Translations under genes and position numbers: made by a program | Shown here: one piece after another, positions 48,703-58,403 of the stretch | Layout of the letters: every line of letters begins with the position of its first letter | How positions within the stretch are numbered: the stretch's first letter is position 1 | NCBI GenBank assembly: GCA_036506035.1 | Contig: DASXSL010000023.1 | Coordinates: forward strand, 10-64,009 | Source: Gemmatimonadaceae bacterium | GTDB taxonomy: Bacteria; Gemmatimonadota; Gemmatimonadetes; Gemmatimonadales; Gemmatimonadaceae | Length of the DNA: 64,000 nucleotides | Direction: 5' to 3' | Notes under the pieces: generated by a model | Seen by the model: only the letters and a program-made list of their open reading frames with translations | Databases searched by the model: none | What the model was told of the DNA's origin: nothing

Positions 48703-50994
48703 ATGATGTCCGAATCAATCAATACAGCGACTGAAGAGAAGGCCGAGCCCCTCGCCGGTTTGAACCCGGCCCAGCGCGAAGCGGTTCTACATTTTGAAGG
48801 CCCGATGCTCGTTCTCGCCGGTGCGGGCTCGGGCAAGACACGGGTCCTCACTGCGCGCATTGCCCGTCTCATCGAGCACCACGGTGTGGATCCGTCCCGC
48901 ATCCTTGCTGTGACTTTCACCAACAAGGCGGCCGGGGAGATGCACGAGCGGATAGCCCGACTCCTTGGCGAGGAGCCAAAAGGAATGTGGAGTGGGACGT
49001 TCCACGCTATCGGCGCGCGAATTCTGCGCACGTCCGCTCACCAAGTCGGTCGCACCGCGAGCTTCACCATCTACGACGAAGACGACACCCTTGGTGTGGT
49101 CAAGCGCATCATGGAGCGCGAAGGCGTGTCGCAGAAACAGTGGAGCCCGAAAGTCGTCGCAGGGCTCATCTCCGATGCGAAAAACGCTCTCGTTCCGCCC
49201 GCCGAATACGATTCGCTGGCGATGGATCCGGTCTCGCGAGCCGCGGCAAAAGTGTACAAGCAGATGGAGCCGACGCTCAGAGCGGCCAACGCTGTGAGCT
49301 TCGACGACCTGCTTGTCCTGCCGGTGGAGATTTTTCTCAAGGACGAGAAGACTCTCGCTCGTTACCGTGATCGGTTCCAGTTCATTCTCGTCGACGAGTA
49401 CCAGGACACCAATCGTGCCCAGTTCCAGTTCATCAAGCTGCTGGGGAGCGCGCACGGCAACGTCGTCGTTGTCGGCGACGACGACCAGTCGATTTACGGC
49501 TGGCGCGGCGCGGATATCCGCAACATTCTCGACTTCGAGAAGGAGTTCAAGGCAGCGAGACTGGTGCGGCTCGAGGAGAACTACCGGTCTACCCCGGACA
49601 TCCTCCACGTCGCCAACGCCGCCATCACTCAGAACGTCAGCCGGAAAGGCAAGACGTTGCGGGCGACACGAGCCGCTGGTGAGCCGGTTACGCTCGTTGC
49701 CGCCCTCGACGAGCGGGATGAGGCGGACTTCGTTCTCGAAGAGGTCAAGAGCCGGCAGACCAAAGAAGCTCGCGGATTGAACGAGTTTGCAGTGCTCTAT
49801 CGAACGAATGCGCAGAGCCGTGCGCTCGAGGACGCCCTGCGCCGCGAAGCGATACCCTATCGTCTGGTCGGATCAGTCCGCTTCTACGACCGCCGCGAGA
49901 TCAGGGATTTGATGTCGTACCTCAAGCTGATCGCCAACCCTTCTGATGAAGAAGCGTTTCGGAGAGCGATCGCGGTTCCCAAGCGGGGGGTCGGCGACAC
50001 GACGGTCGACGCTCTTGCTGCGCGTGCGAGACAGGCCGGAGTGTCACTCTCTGAAGTCGCCGCCCGTGAAGATCTTCAGGATTCTCTGAGGCCAGCGGCC
50101 AAGAAAGCGCTCGCTGATTTCACGCGATTGATCGCCGGCCTTCGCGAACGGGCCAAGGACACCAGCGTCGATGTCCTGCTGCAGGAGCTGATCGGCGAGA
50201 TTCGTTACGTCGAGTACCTTCAGGCCGAGGGTCCCGAATCGTCGCGCGACCGCATCGAGAACGTCAGCGCGCTCATCGACGGCGCCGCTGAAACCGTAAT
50301 CGACGACGGTGGCGAGGTTGGCCTGACCCCACTCGACCACTTCCTGCAGCGCGCGATGCTCGTTGCCAGCGCCGACGCATTGGATCCGTCGGCGGACGCC
50401 GTCACCCTGATGACCCTACACAATGCCAAGGGCCTCGAGTACCCCGTCGTTTTTCTGACGGGTCTCGAAGACGGACTGTTTCCGCTCTCGCAATCGTTTG
50501 ACGATCCGCCCAAGCTCGAAGAGGAGCGCCGGCTTTTTTATGTCGGAATCACACGGGCGCAGCAAAAGCTCTATCTGTCACACACTGAGATGAGGCGCCG
50601 CAATGGGGAGCTCCTACCCTCGATCAAATCCCGTTTTCTGCGGGAGATTGCCGGCGCCAATCTCGACGAAAGGAAAACGATACGCGTCACGGCATTGGGC
50701 AGAGGCAGCGTGAGCCGCGAGGGTGGATTCAGTGGAGCTTATCCGGCGCGACGGACCTACGATGTCCCAACCTGGAGGCGGTCTGCGCCGATCGCCGAGG
50801 CCGAAGCCTCGCAGGACGAGCCGCGCTACGTGAAGGGGGAGCGCGTCCGCCACAAATTGTTTGGCGATGGCTCGATCGCCGAACTGTCGGGTGTGGGCCG
50901 CGAAGTCAAGGCGGTCATCGACTTCGACGACGAAGCAGTTGGACGGAAAACCATCAAGCTTGCATACACCACACTCGAGCGCGGGCAGGAATAA
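48703..50994 (+). CDS. uvrD: UvrD/PcrA ATP-dependent DNA helicase
   Basis: AGAGSGKT, TFTNKAA, DEYQD, GDDDQSIY, HNAKGLE, EERRLFYVGITRA. Confidence 0.95.
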   Translation: MMSESINTATEEKAEPLAGLNPAQREAVLHFEGPMLVLAGAGSGKTRVLTARIARLIEHHGVDPSRILAVTFTNKAAGEMHERIARLLGEEPKGMWSGTFHAIGARILRTSAHQVGRTASFTIYDEDDTLGVVKRIMEREGVSQKQWSPKVVAGLISDAKNALVPPAEYDSLAMDPVSRAAAKVYKQMEPTLRAANAVSFDDLLVLPVEIFLKDEKTLARYRDRFQFILVDEYQDTNRAQFQFIKLLGSAHGNVVVVGDDDQSIYGWRGADIRNILDFEKEFKAARLVRLEENYRSTPDILHVANAAITQNVSRKGKTLRATRAAGEPVTLVAALDERDEADFVLEEVKSRQTKEARGLNEFAVLYRTNAQSRALEDALRREAIPYRLVGSVRFYDRREIRDLMSYLKLIANPSDEEAFRRAIAVPKRGVGDTTVDALAARARQAGVSLSEVAAREDLQDSLRPAAKKALADFTRLIAGLRERAKDTSVDVLLQELIGEIRYVEYLQAEGPESSRDRIENVSALIDGAAETVIDDGGEVGLTPLDHFLQRAMLVASADALDPSADAVTLMTLHNAKGLEYPVVFLTGLEDGLFPLSQSFDDPPKLEEERRLFYVGITRAQQKLYLSHTEMRRRNGELLPSIKSRFLREIAGANLDERKTIRVTALGRGSVSREGGFSGAYPARRTYDVPTWRRSAPIAEAEASQDEPRYVKGERVRHKLFGDGSIAELSGVGREVKAVIDFDDEAVGRKTIKLAYTTLERGQE

Positions 50995-51308
50995 TGGCTG
51001 TCACACGCGAAGACGTCCTCCACATTGCCGATCTGGCGCGACTTGGCGTTGACGGCGCGCGCGCCGACGAGCTTACGAAGGAGCTCAGCTCGATCCTCGA
51101 GCACATGGAAGTCCTCTCTCAGGTGGACACCAAGACAGTTGCGCTTACGGCCGGTGTTGGTACGGGCGGCACTCCGCTCCGACCCGACGAGCGCATGCCA
51201 CCGCTGATGGAGGGGACTCTCGAATCGTTCGCGCCGTCGATGCGCGACGGTTTCTTCATCGTGCCGCGTCTCGCAACGCACGAGGATCCCAGCGAGAGCG
51301 GCGCGTGA
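50994..51308 (+). CDS. gatC: Asp/Glu-tRNA amidotransferase subunit C
   Basis: VLHIADLARL...LRPDE...FFIVPR; operon position. Confidence 0.92.
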   Translation: MAVTREDVLHIADLARLGVDGARADELTKELSSILEHMEVLSQVDTKTVALTAGVGTGGTPLRPDERMPPLMEGTLESFAPSMRDGFFIVPRLATHEDPSESGA

Positions 51309-52861
51309 GCGTCGAGGGCTATACCAAACTCGGCGCTGCGGCCATTGCAGCATCAGTTCGCGCGGGGGACGCATCTCCGAACGAGATGGTGCGAGCGTCG
51401 TTTGATCGCGCTCGCGACATCGGAGCCGGCGCAGACGCGCTCAACATCTTCCTCCATACCGATCAGAGTGCCAGCGAGGAAGAAGCGAAGGCAATGCAGG
51501 ACCGCCTCCGGAGCACCGCTGACGTCGGCGTTCTGGCCGGTGTTCCGGTCGCAATCAAAGACAACATCGCCTCGCTCGGCTTGCCTACCACTTGCGGCTC
51601 AAAAATTCTCGGCCGTTACGTTAGTCCGTTCGAGGCGACCGCCGTCACGAGATTGCGTGCGAACGGTGCGCTGATCGTCGCGAAGACCAACATGGACGAA
51701 TTCGCGATGGGATCATCGACTGAAAACAGTGCCTTTGGTCCGACGCGGAATCCACACGACGTCCGCTGCGTGCCGGGTGGCTCGTCTGGCGGCTCTGCGG
51801 CCGCGGTGGCGGCTGGAATAACGCCGATTGCGCTTGGCTCGGAGACCGGCGGATCGGTGCGGCAACCCGCTGCGTTCTGCGGAGTGGTTGGCGTCAAGCC
51901 AACGTATGGAAGAGTGAGCCGCTACGGACTGGTGGCGTTCGCGTCGTCTCTCGATCAAATCGGTGTGGTCGGACGCAGTGTCGACGACGCTGCGCTTGGT
52001 CTGGAGTCGATTGCCGGATTCGACAAAATGGACTCGACCAGCTCCGACGCCGACGTTCCCATCTATCGTCTGGCCGCGCTCGGCGAGCCGACGCCGGAAG
52101 CCCGCGATCAGGATACCGAGGCCATGCGTATCGGCAGGAGTCCGGTGCCACTCCCGCCCCCGCCGAACGAAAGGACCTTGGAAGGCATCGTCATCGGGAA
52201 GCCAAAGGAGTATTTCCCCGACACCCTCGACGCCAACATCCGGACTCTCTGCGATCGCGCCTTCGATCGGTTCCGCGGGATGGGAGCGACGGTTCGCGAC
52301 GTCTCGCTGCCCAGATCGCCGCTCGCGATTCCCGTTTACTACATCCTTGCCCCGGCGGAAGCATCGTCCAACCTCGCGCGCTTCGATGGCGTCCGTTACG
52401 GACTGCGCGTTGATCCAGGCAAGGGGCTCAAGGCGATGTACGAAGCGACGCGGTCGCAAGGTTTCGGGCCAGAAGTCACCCGCCGCATTTTGCTCGGTAC
52501 CTACGTGCTTTCCGCTGGCTATTACGACGCCTATTACAAGAAAGCCCAGGCCGTTCGCACCCTCATCGCCGACGATTTTCGCGCGGTGTTCACCAGCGGA
52601 GTGCACGCCATTTTCACTCCGACCACGCCGACGCCGGCATTTCCCATCGGTGCCATCAGTGATCCGTACGAGATGTATCTCAATGACATCTTCACGGTCA
52701 CCGCAAATCTGGCCGGTGTCCCCGCCATGTCGGTGCCGATCGGCCGGATGCGCCGACTGCCGGTGGGCGGGCAAATCATCACCGCCCACTTCGACGAGTA
52801 CACGATGTTTCGCGTCGGCTATGCGCTCGAAGCCTCGCTCGGCGCGGAGGCCCATCAATGA
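51305..52861 (+). CDS. gatA: Asp/Glu-tRNA amidotransferase subunit A
   Basis: KDNI, MDEFAMGSS, GGSSGGS, GSETGGSVRQP. Confidence 0.96.
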   Translation: MSVEGYTKLGAAAIAASVRAGDASPNEMVRASFDRARDIGAGADALNIFLHTDQSASEEEAKAMQDRLRSTADVGVLAGVPVAIKDNIASLGLPTTCGSKILGRYVSPFEATAVTRLRANGALIVAKTNMDEFAMGSSTENSAFGPTRNPHDVRCVPGGSSGGSAAAVAAGITPIALGSETGGSVRQPAAFCGVVGVKPTYGRVSRYGLVAFASSLDQIGVVGRSVDDAALGLESIAGFDKMDSTSSDADVPIYRLAALGEPTPEARDQDTEAMRIGRSPVPLPPPPNERTLEGIVIGKPKEYFPDTLDANIRTLCDRAFDRFRGMGATVRDVSLPRSPLAIPVYYILAPAEASSNLARFDGVRYGLRVDPGKGLKAMYEATRSQGFGPEVTRRILLGTYVLSAGYYDAYYKKAQAVRTLIADDFRAVFTSGVHAIFTPTTPTPAFPIGAISDPYEMYLNDIFTVTANLAGVPAMSVPIGRMRRLPVGGQIITAHFDEYTMFRVGYALEASLGAEAHQ

Positions 52862-54300
52862 GTCGCGAGCGCTATGAAATGGTGGTCGGGCTCGAGGTGC
52901 ACGTACAGCTCAAAACGCGCAGCAAGGCATTCTGCGCCTGCTCGACCGATTTCGGCGCGTCTCCCAACACCAACACCTGCCCGGTTTGTCTGGCCCTGCC
53001 TGGAGCGCTGCCCGTGCTCAATGAGCACGCGGTGGAACTGGCAACGCGAGCGGCGCTTGGCCTGGGATGCACTGTCAACTCCACGTCGGTCTTCGCCAGG
53101 AAGAATTATTTCTACCCTGATCTGCCGAAGGGATATCAGATCTCTCAGTTCGATCAGCCGCTCGCCACCGGTGGATCCGTCGTCATCGGGAAGACGGAGA
53201 AGGGGACGGACATTCATATCGGCATCACGCGGCTGCACATGGAGGAGGACGCCGGCAAGTCGATCCACGATCGGTATCCAGGCGCTACCGCCATCGACTT
53301 GAATCGGGCGGGGGTTCCTCTGATCGAGATAGTGAGCGAGCCGGACATCAGGTCTTCTGCCGGCGCCGGCGCCTATCTGCGCACTCTCAAGCAAATCCTC
53401 CAGTACCTCGACGTCAGCGACGTCAGCATGGAGGAAGGGAGCCTTCGCGTGGACGCCAACATCAGTGTGCGTCCGCCTGGTCAGGTAAAACTCGGTACCA
53501 AAACCGAAGTAAAGAACATGAACTCTTTCTCGGCGGTAGAGCGCGCGCTCGAGGCCGAGTACCAGCGGCAGTGCGCACTGCTCGATTCAGGAGGGAGAGT
53601 TGAACAGCAGACGCTGTTGTGGGATGCGGCACGCGAGACGGTTCGTCCGAGCCGTACGAAAGAGGGAAGTCATGACTATCGCTATTTCCCCGAGCCCGAC
53701 TTGCGTCCACTACTGGTCGACGCCAAGTGGATAGACGACGCTCGCAAGAGCCTGCCGGAGCTCCCGGAGGCGAGAAAGACGCGCATTGCCGCCGACTACG
53801 GAATCTCGTCCGTCGAAGTCGATCAACTGATGGCGACGCCGGCGCTCGCTGATTACTTCGAGGCAGTCGCACGGGCGTCCGACGACGGCAAGTCTGCCTA
53901 CAATTGGGTGATGGGCGAAGTGCTCGCAACTCTCCGCTCGACGGATGGCAATATAGGACTGTTCCGTGTGCGACCGGCCGACCTGGCGCAGTTGCTCAAT
54001 CTGGTGCGTGACGGCACAGTGAGTCACACCGCTGCCAAGCGCATATTCGCCGTGATGGTCGAGACCGGTAAGCCTGCCGCCCAGGTTGCTGCCGATGAAG
54101 GCTTGTCGCAGGTCGGCGACGAAGGCGCGATCGCGACCTGGGTCGAGGAAGTTCTGAGTGAGCACCCGGAGGAAGCAAAGCGCTATCTAGCCGGTGAGAA
54201 GAAACTGCAGGGAGTGCTGGTCGGCTTGGTCATGAAAAAATCCAAGGGACGCGCCGATCCAAAGCGAGTCAATCAGTTGTTGTCGGCGCGCGGCGGATAG
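52858..54300 (+). CDS. gatB: Asp/Glu-tRNA amidotransferase subunit B
   Basis: GLEVHVQL, RKNYFYPDLPKGYQISQ, YRYFPEPDL. Confidence 0.98.
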   Translation: MSRERYEMVVGLEVHVQLKTRSKAFCACSTDFGASPNTNTCPVCLALPGALPVLNEHAVELATRAALGLGCTVNSTSVFARKNYFYPDLPKGYQISQFDQPLATGGSVVIGKTEKGTDIHIGITRLHMEEDAGKSIHDRYPGATAIDLNRAGVPLIEIVSEPDIRSSAGAGAYLRTLKQILQYLDVSDVSMEEGSLRVDANISVRPPGQVKLGTKTEVKNMNSFSAVERALEAEYQRQCALLDSGGRVEQQTLLWDAARETVRPSRTKEGSHDYRYFPEPDLRPLLVDAKWIDDARKSLPELPEARKTRIAADYGISSVEVDQLMATPALADYFEAVARASDDGKSAYNWVMGEVLATLRSTDGNIGLFRVRPADLAQLLNLVRDGTVSHTAAKRIFAVMVETGKPAAQVAADEGLSQVGDEGAIATWVEEVLSEHPEEAKRYLAGEKKLQGVLVGLVMKKSKGRADPKRVNQLLSARGG

Positions 54301-55214
54301 AGCGGCTCGGGCAAGCCGGTGGCGTAATGCAAAGTTGAGCGCGGCATGCCGAAATGCTGTTGCGCCTGCTCGCGAACGTGCTCTTCACCGCCTCGCCTGA
54401 GCGCGGCTCGACGAACCTTTTTCGCTTCGCGCAGAGCAACGGTACCCGCCGGGTCGAGTTTGTACGGGTCGGCTCGATCCATCCGCGATAGCAGGTCGAC
54501 GACGTAATCGAAGGCGCGGCCCATGTAGCGGCCGACCTCTTTCTCGCTCAGATCCCAGCGGCTCTTCTCCTCGACGAGATGGAAAATGCGCTGCCACGAC
54601 TCAGTATCAGCCACGTAAACCATGCCGCGAAAAATCCTGCGGTTCGTCGGCGTACTGAAAATCGTCGGACTGAGGATGCGATCGAGATGCTCGTCGCTAT
54701 GCGAGTGATCGCGCAAAATCAGCTGCTTCGCAGTTCGGCTGAATCGCTCACCAATGTGCATGTCGAACCTGCTCTCCCAGTAACTGTGGCCGAGTGCAGC
54801 CGTCGACGACGTGATGGTGAGCTGATGCGGGACGAAGTAATTGTGGGCGACGGAATCCGCGGCGAGGTGAGCGAGATAACCGAGGGCGAACGCGCGCAGG
54901 GGCTCCGAGTCCGCGTTGTCGTGGATTTCCAATCCGACATTCCACGAATGGCAATGCCGTCCCGCCGCGGCGTACTTCTTGGCGATGCTGGTGTCCGCTG
55001 CTATTGAGCCGTAGAGAAAATCGTAGGGAAAAGCGGAGAGGAGCTCGGCGATGCTCGAGGGGAGAAGCGTGAGTGAGCGCATCACCGCCTCTCCCAGAAA
55101 GATGTGCGTACCCGGAGTCCACGCGTGGGCAACCGACGGCGTCAGCATGAGCAGCAGCACCACTGTGCCCATGAAGCAGCCGACGGAAACCGCGCGCGAT
55201 GACGCGCGCGACAC
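54273..55214 (-). CDS. Zinc-dependent phospholipase C family protein
   Basis: Signal peptide ending AHA, then W-x4-H; HLAAD..AH and HSYWE Zn ligands. Confidence 0.8.
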   Translation of the reverse strand: MSRASSRAVSVGCFMGTVVLLLMLTPSVAHAWTPGTHIFLGEAVMRSLTLLPSSIAELLSAFPYDFLYGSIAADTSIAKKYAAAGRHCHSWNVGLEIHDNADSEPLRAFALGYLAHLAADSVAHNYFVPHQLTITSSTAALGHSYWESRFDMHIGERFSRTAKQLILRDHSHSDEHLDRILSPTIFSTPTNRRIFRGMVYVADTESWQRIFHLVEEKSRWDLSEKEVGRYMGRAFDYVVDLLSRMDRADPYKLDPAGTVALREAKKVRRAALRRGGEEHVREQAQQHFGMPRSTLHYATGLPEPLYPPRADNN

Positions 55215-55224
55215 TCCGCGCGCC

Positions 55225-55755
55225 CTAGATGCCGATGCGCTTACGCTGACGGCGTACTGCTTTCCGAAGATCGTTCAGCTCGTCTTTCACTACGTCGCTG
55301 ATTGCTTCGCGAGCGGTGTCGACGTAGTCGCGCACTTGGTCCACCGCCTCGTCGACCGGAATGCGATCGATCAGGTCGCCGCCGGCGTCCACCGCGGTGC
55401 GGAAGCCGCGCTTGGCGCGAGGTCCCGCCCAGCGAGCGCCTTCCACCGCGCGGTCACCTGCCCACCGCGCTCCTTCCATTCCACGCCCGCCCGCCCACTT
55501 CGCGCCTTCGAGCCCGGCCAGTCCGGCCAGCGCCGCGCCGCGACCGGCATAACGAATCAATGGACCCACTGGACGACGGCCCGACGGCCCCCGTCGCAGC
55601 AACAGCGTGATCCCAGCTCCAACAGCCGCGCCGATCAGCGCCGCCGTGAGGAGATCGTATTGCTGCTCGCGCTCCTCGTCGAATTCAGTCTCTTGGTTTG
55701 ACGCGCGGGCGCGGTTTCTCCCAACCGTCGGCTCGGGCTTCGTCGTTGTCCCCAT
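55225..55755 (-). CDS. YtxH-like protein with 3 x 11-aa repeats
   Basis: IGAAVGAGITLLL TM segment and amphipathic C-terminus; RBS GAGGAGG before ATG 55755. Confidence 0.65.
   Translation of the reverse strand: MGTTTKPEPTVGRNRARASNQETEFDEEREQQYDLLTAALIGAAVGAGITLLLRRGPSGRRPVGPLIRYAGRGAALAGLAGLEGAKWAGGRGMEGARWAGDRAVEGARWAGPRAKRGFRTAVDAGGDLIDRIPVDEAVDQVRDYVDTAREAISDVVKDELNDLRKAVRRQRKRIGI
55414..55512 (-). repeat. Intragenic 3 x 33-bp tandem repeat
   Basis: Encodes LEGAKWAGGRG / MEGARWAGDRA / VEGARWAGPRA. Confidence 0.8.
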
Positions 55756-56272
55756 CTGTCCAGTCCTCCTCGTCAAATGCCTGATTGATTCCTTTCTTGA
55801 CGCCGCGAATGGTCGAGGCAGTCGTCACGAACGCTGACTCAGCCTCTTCCTGAACCACCTCCAGCAGCGCGTTCAGCTGATTGATCCGATCCTCGGCTGC
55901 ACCGACTGCTTGCTGCAAGCGCTGATTGACAGCGGCGACGGTCTGACTGACCTGCTGCACGTCGACCCTGATTGCGGTCGAGATGTAGTCGACGTTGTCC
56001 GCGATCGCGCTCGCATGTCGCATCAGCGGATTGACGTCGCCGTAAATCTTGTCGAGCATGTCGCTGACTTTCTTGTAGCTTTTCCGGAAATTCCACGCTG
56101 CCGGAATCAGTGCCGCCGACAGGACGATGATCGTCAGGGTCAGGACTCCACTCGCTACGCCGGTGACCTTTTCGAACCAACCGGACTGGGACGCGACCTG
56201 CTTCATATAGATCGTGTCGCGCACAACACTCGCGGCCTGCAGCAGCAGCTCGCTGCCAATCCATCCCATCAT
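55685..56272 (-). CDS. DUF948/YtxG-like single-TM coiled-coil protein
   Basis: One TM followed by a long heptad region; upstream of the YtxH-like gene. Confidence 0.6.
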   Translation of the reverse strand: MMGWIGSELLLQAASVVRDTIYMKQVASQSGWFEKVTGVASGVLTLTIIVLSAALIPAAWNFRKSYKKVSDMLDKIYGDVNPLMRHASAIADNVDYISTAIRVDVQQVSQTVAAVNQRLQQAVGAAEDRINQLNALLEVVQEEAESAFVTTASTIRGVKKGINQAFDEEDWTDGDNDEARADGWEKPRPRVKPRD

Positions 56273-56386
56273 GTGCGTGAAGTGTGCAAGTGAGAGGCCA
56301 TTTAGCGGGGAGTTTTGGTCAACGGTACAAAGAGTGCTCACTGCGATATATTTGCGCAACAAGCTATCACTTCCGACCTATTCAAC

Positions 56387-57688
56387 ATGCCAGCAGTTCA
56401 GTTCGTCGTCGAGGGCGGCAAGTCCCTCGGCGGCTCTATTCGTCCTTCCGGAAACAAGAATGCGGCGCTGCCAATCGTGGCAGCCGCACTGCTATCACAT
56501 AACCCGGTCCACCTTCGGAACGTCCCCCGCATCCGCGACATCGAGACGCTCGTCGAGCTGATTCGCTCGATTGGCGCATCGATGGAGTGGGTGGGTCAGA
56601 ACGAGCTCGATGTTCACGCCGAGGATCTGCGGCCGGCCGATCTCAACCCGACGCTCTGCGCGAAGATTCGCGCCTCGATCCTTCTCGCCGCGCCGCTGCT
56701 GGCCCGCTGCGGACAAGTCACCCTTCCGCCGCCGGGCGGAGATGTGATCGGACGCCGCCGACTCGATACCCACTTCCTCGCACTCGAGCAGCTCGGCGCC
56801 ACCTTCAGCCATGGCAAGATGATCGAGATGCGGGTCAGTGGCTTCCGCGGCGCCGACGTCTTTCTCGACGAGCCCAGCGTCACGGCTACCGAAAACGCGC
56901 TCGTCGCGGCATCGGCGGCGACGGGAACAACTGTCCTGCGCAACGCGGCCAGCGAGCCACACGTTCAGGATCTCGCCAAGTTTCTCATTGCACTCGGCGC
57001 CGAGATCGAAGGCGTCGGCACCAATACCATGACCATTCACGGCGGTCGGTCACTCGGCGCTAAGCAGGTCACTCACACGATTGGTCCCGATCACATCGAG
57101 GTGGGCTCCTTCATCGGACTGGCGGCCGTGACCAAGTCCGAGCTGAGGATCGAAAACGCCGGTATCGAGCACCTGCGCTCCACACGAATGGGCTTCTCGC
57201 GTCTGGGTATTGAATGCGAGGAGGACGGGCCCGACTTGATCGTGCCCGCTAAACAATCGCGCCGGATCCAGACGGACATGGGCGGACACGTCCCCAAACT
57301 GGAAGACCAGCCGTGGCCGGCGTTCCCGGCCGATACGATGTCGATCGCGATCGTCACCGCAACTCAGTGCGAGGGTCTGATCCTCATGCACGAGAAGATG
57401 TTCGAGTCCCGGATGTTCTTCGTCGACAAGCTTTCGACGATGGGCGCCCGCATCGTGCTTTGCGATCCCCACCGAGCTCTCGTTCATGGCCCGTCGCGAC
57501 TTCGCGGTGCGTTCCTCGAATCTCCTGACATCCGCGCCGGGATGGCAATGCTCCTGGCCGCGCTTTGCGCCGAGGGCACCAGCTTCATCAACAACGTCGG
57601 CCAGATCGAGCGCGGCTACGAGCGAATCGACGAGCGGCTAAACGCGCTGGGCGCCTCGATCACTCGCGTTGACGATCGCCGACACTAG
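56387..57688 (+). CDS. murA: UDP-N-acetylglucosamine 1-carboxyvinyltransferase (Asp-type active-site loop)
   Basis: SGNKNAALP, RASIL, PGGDVIGRR, SVTATEN, FESR, DIRAG, IERGYE. Confidence 0.95.
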   Translation: MPAVQFVVEGGKSLGGSIRPSGNKNAALPIVAAALLSHNPVHLRNVPRIRDIETLVELIRSIGASMEWVGQNELDVHAEDLRPADLNPTLCAKIRASILLAAPLLARCGQVTLPPPGGDVIGRRRLDTHFLALEQLGATFSHGKMIEMRVSGFRGADVFLDEPSVTATENALVAASAATGTTVLRNAASEPHVQDLAKFLIALGAEIEGVGTNTMTIHGGRSLGAKQVTHTIGPDHIEVGSFIGLAAVTKSELRIENAGIEHLRSTRMGFSRLGIECEEDGPDLIVPAKQSRRIQTDMGGHVPKLEDQPWPAFPADTMSIAIVTATQCEGLILMHEKMFESRMFFVDKLSTMGARIVLCDPHRALVHGPSRLRGAFLESPDIRAGMAMLLAALCAEGTSFINNVGQIERGYERIDERLNALGASITRVDDRRH

Positions 57689-58403
57689 TGTGTCCGACGT
57701 TTCGAAGGAGGTCATTACCGACTTCGATGGGTGGGGAATTCGCGCCTTCACAACGACCCGCGACGCCGGTTCGTTCAGTCTGTCCGGAACAGATCCGGTC
57801 AACGAGGTCATGGCGCGCTGGACAGCGGTGCAGAAAGAGCTGTCGAGTGCAGCCCCCCGCCTGGCCTCGATTCGGCAGGTACACGGTGATCGTGTCCTGG
57901 TGCATACTGGAGGGTGGGAGGGATGGCTACGCGCTGGGGAGGCGGACGGACACATTGCCAGCGAACGCGGCATAGCCCTCGCCGTGGGTGTTGCCGATTG
58001 CGTTCCCGTTTTCATCGCCCACCCTTCCGGAATCGTCGCGCTCCTCCACTCCGGGTGGCGCGGCACGGCGGCGCGAATAACTCCGAAAGCGATCGATTTA
58101 TTCGAGCGTTATGAATATCCCGCCAGCGATCTCGCTGTTCACCTGGGGCCGGCGATTTGCGGACGCTGTTACGAAGTGAGCGCCGAAGTGCGCGAACAGC
58201 TCACTGGTCAGCCGACGACTAGGCCGGGGCATGTCGACCTAAGATCTCTCGTTGCCGAGCAGGCCTCCGCCGCGGGGGTCCGGCGCATAACCGTCAGCTC
58301 GTCATGTACGCGTTGTGATAACGACCGGTTCTTTTCACACAGGGCGGGGGACGCGGGTCGTCAAATTGCTGTGATAGTCGGAGCGCTGACCTTGGAGACG
58401 TGA
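57669..58403 (+). CDS. pgeF: PgeF/YfiH polyphenol oxidase-like protein
   Basis: QVHG, ADCVP, HSGWRG, GPAI..CYEV, FFSHR. Confidence 0.9.
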   Translation: MTIADTSVSDVSKEVITDFDGWGIRAFTTTRDAGSFSLSGTDPVNEVMARWTAVQKELSSAAPRLASIRQVHGDRVLVHTGGWEGWLRAGEADGHIASERGIALAVGVADCVPVFIAHPSGIVALLHSGWRGTAARITPKAIDLFERYEYPASDLAVHLGPAICGRCYEVSAEVREQLTGQPTTRPGHVDLRSLVAEQASAAGVRRITVSSSCTRCDNDRFFSHRAGDAGRQIAVIVGALTLET

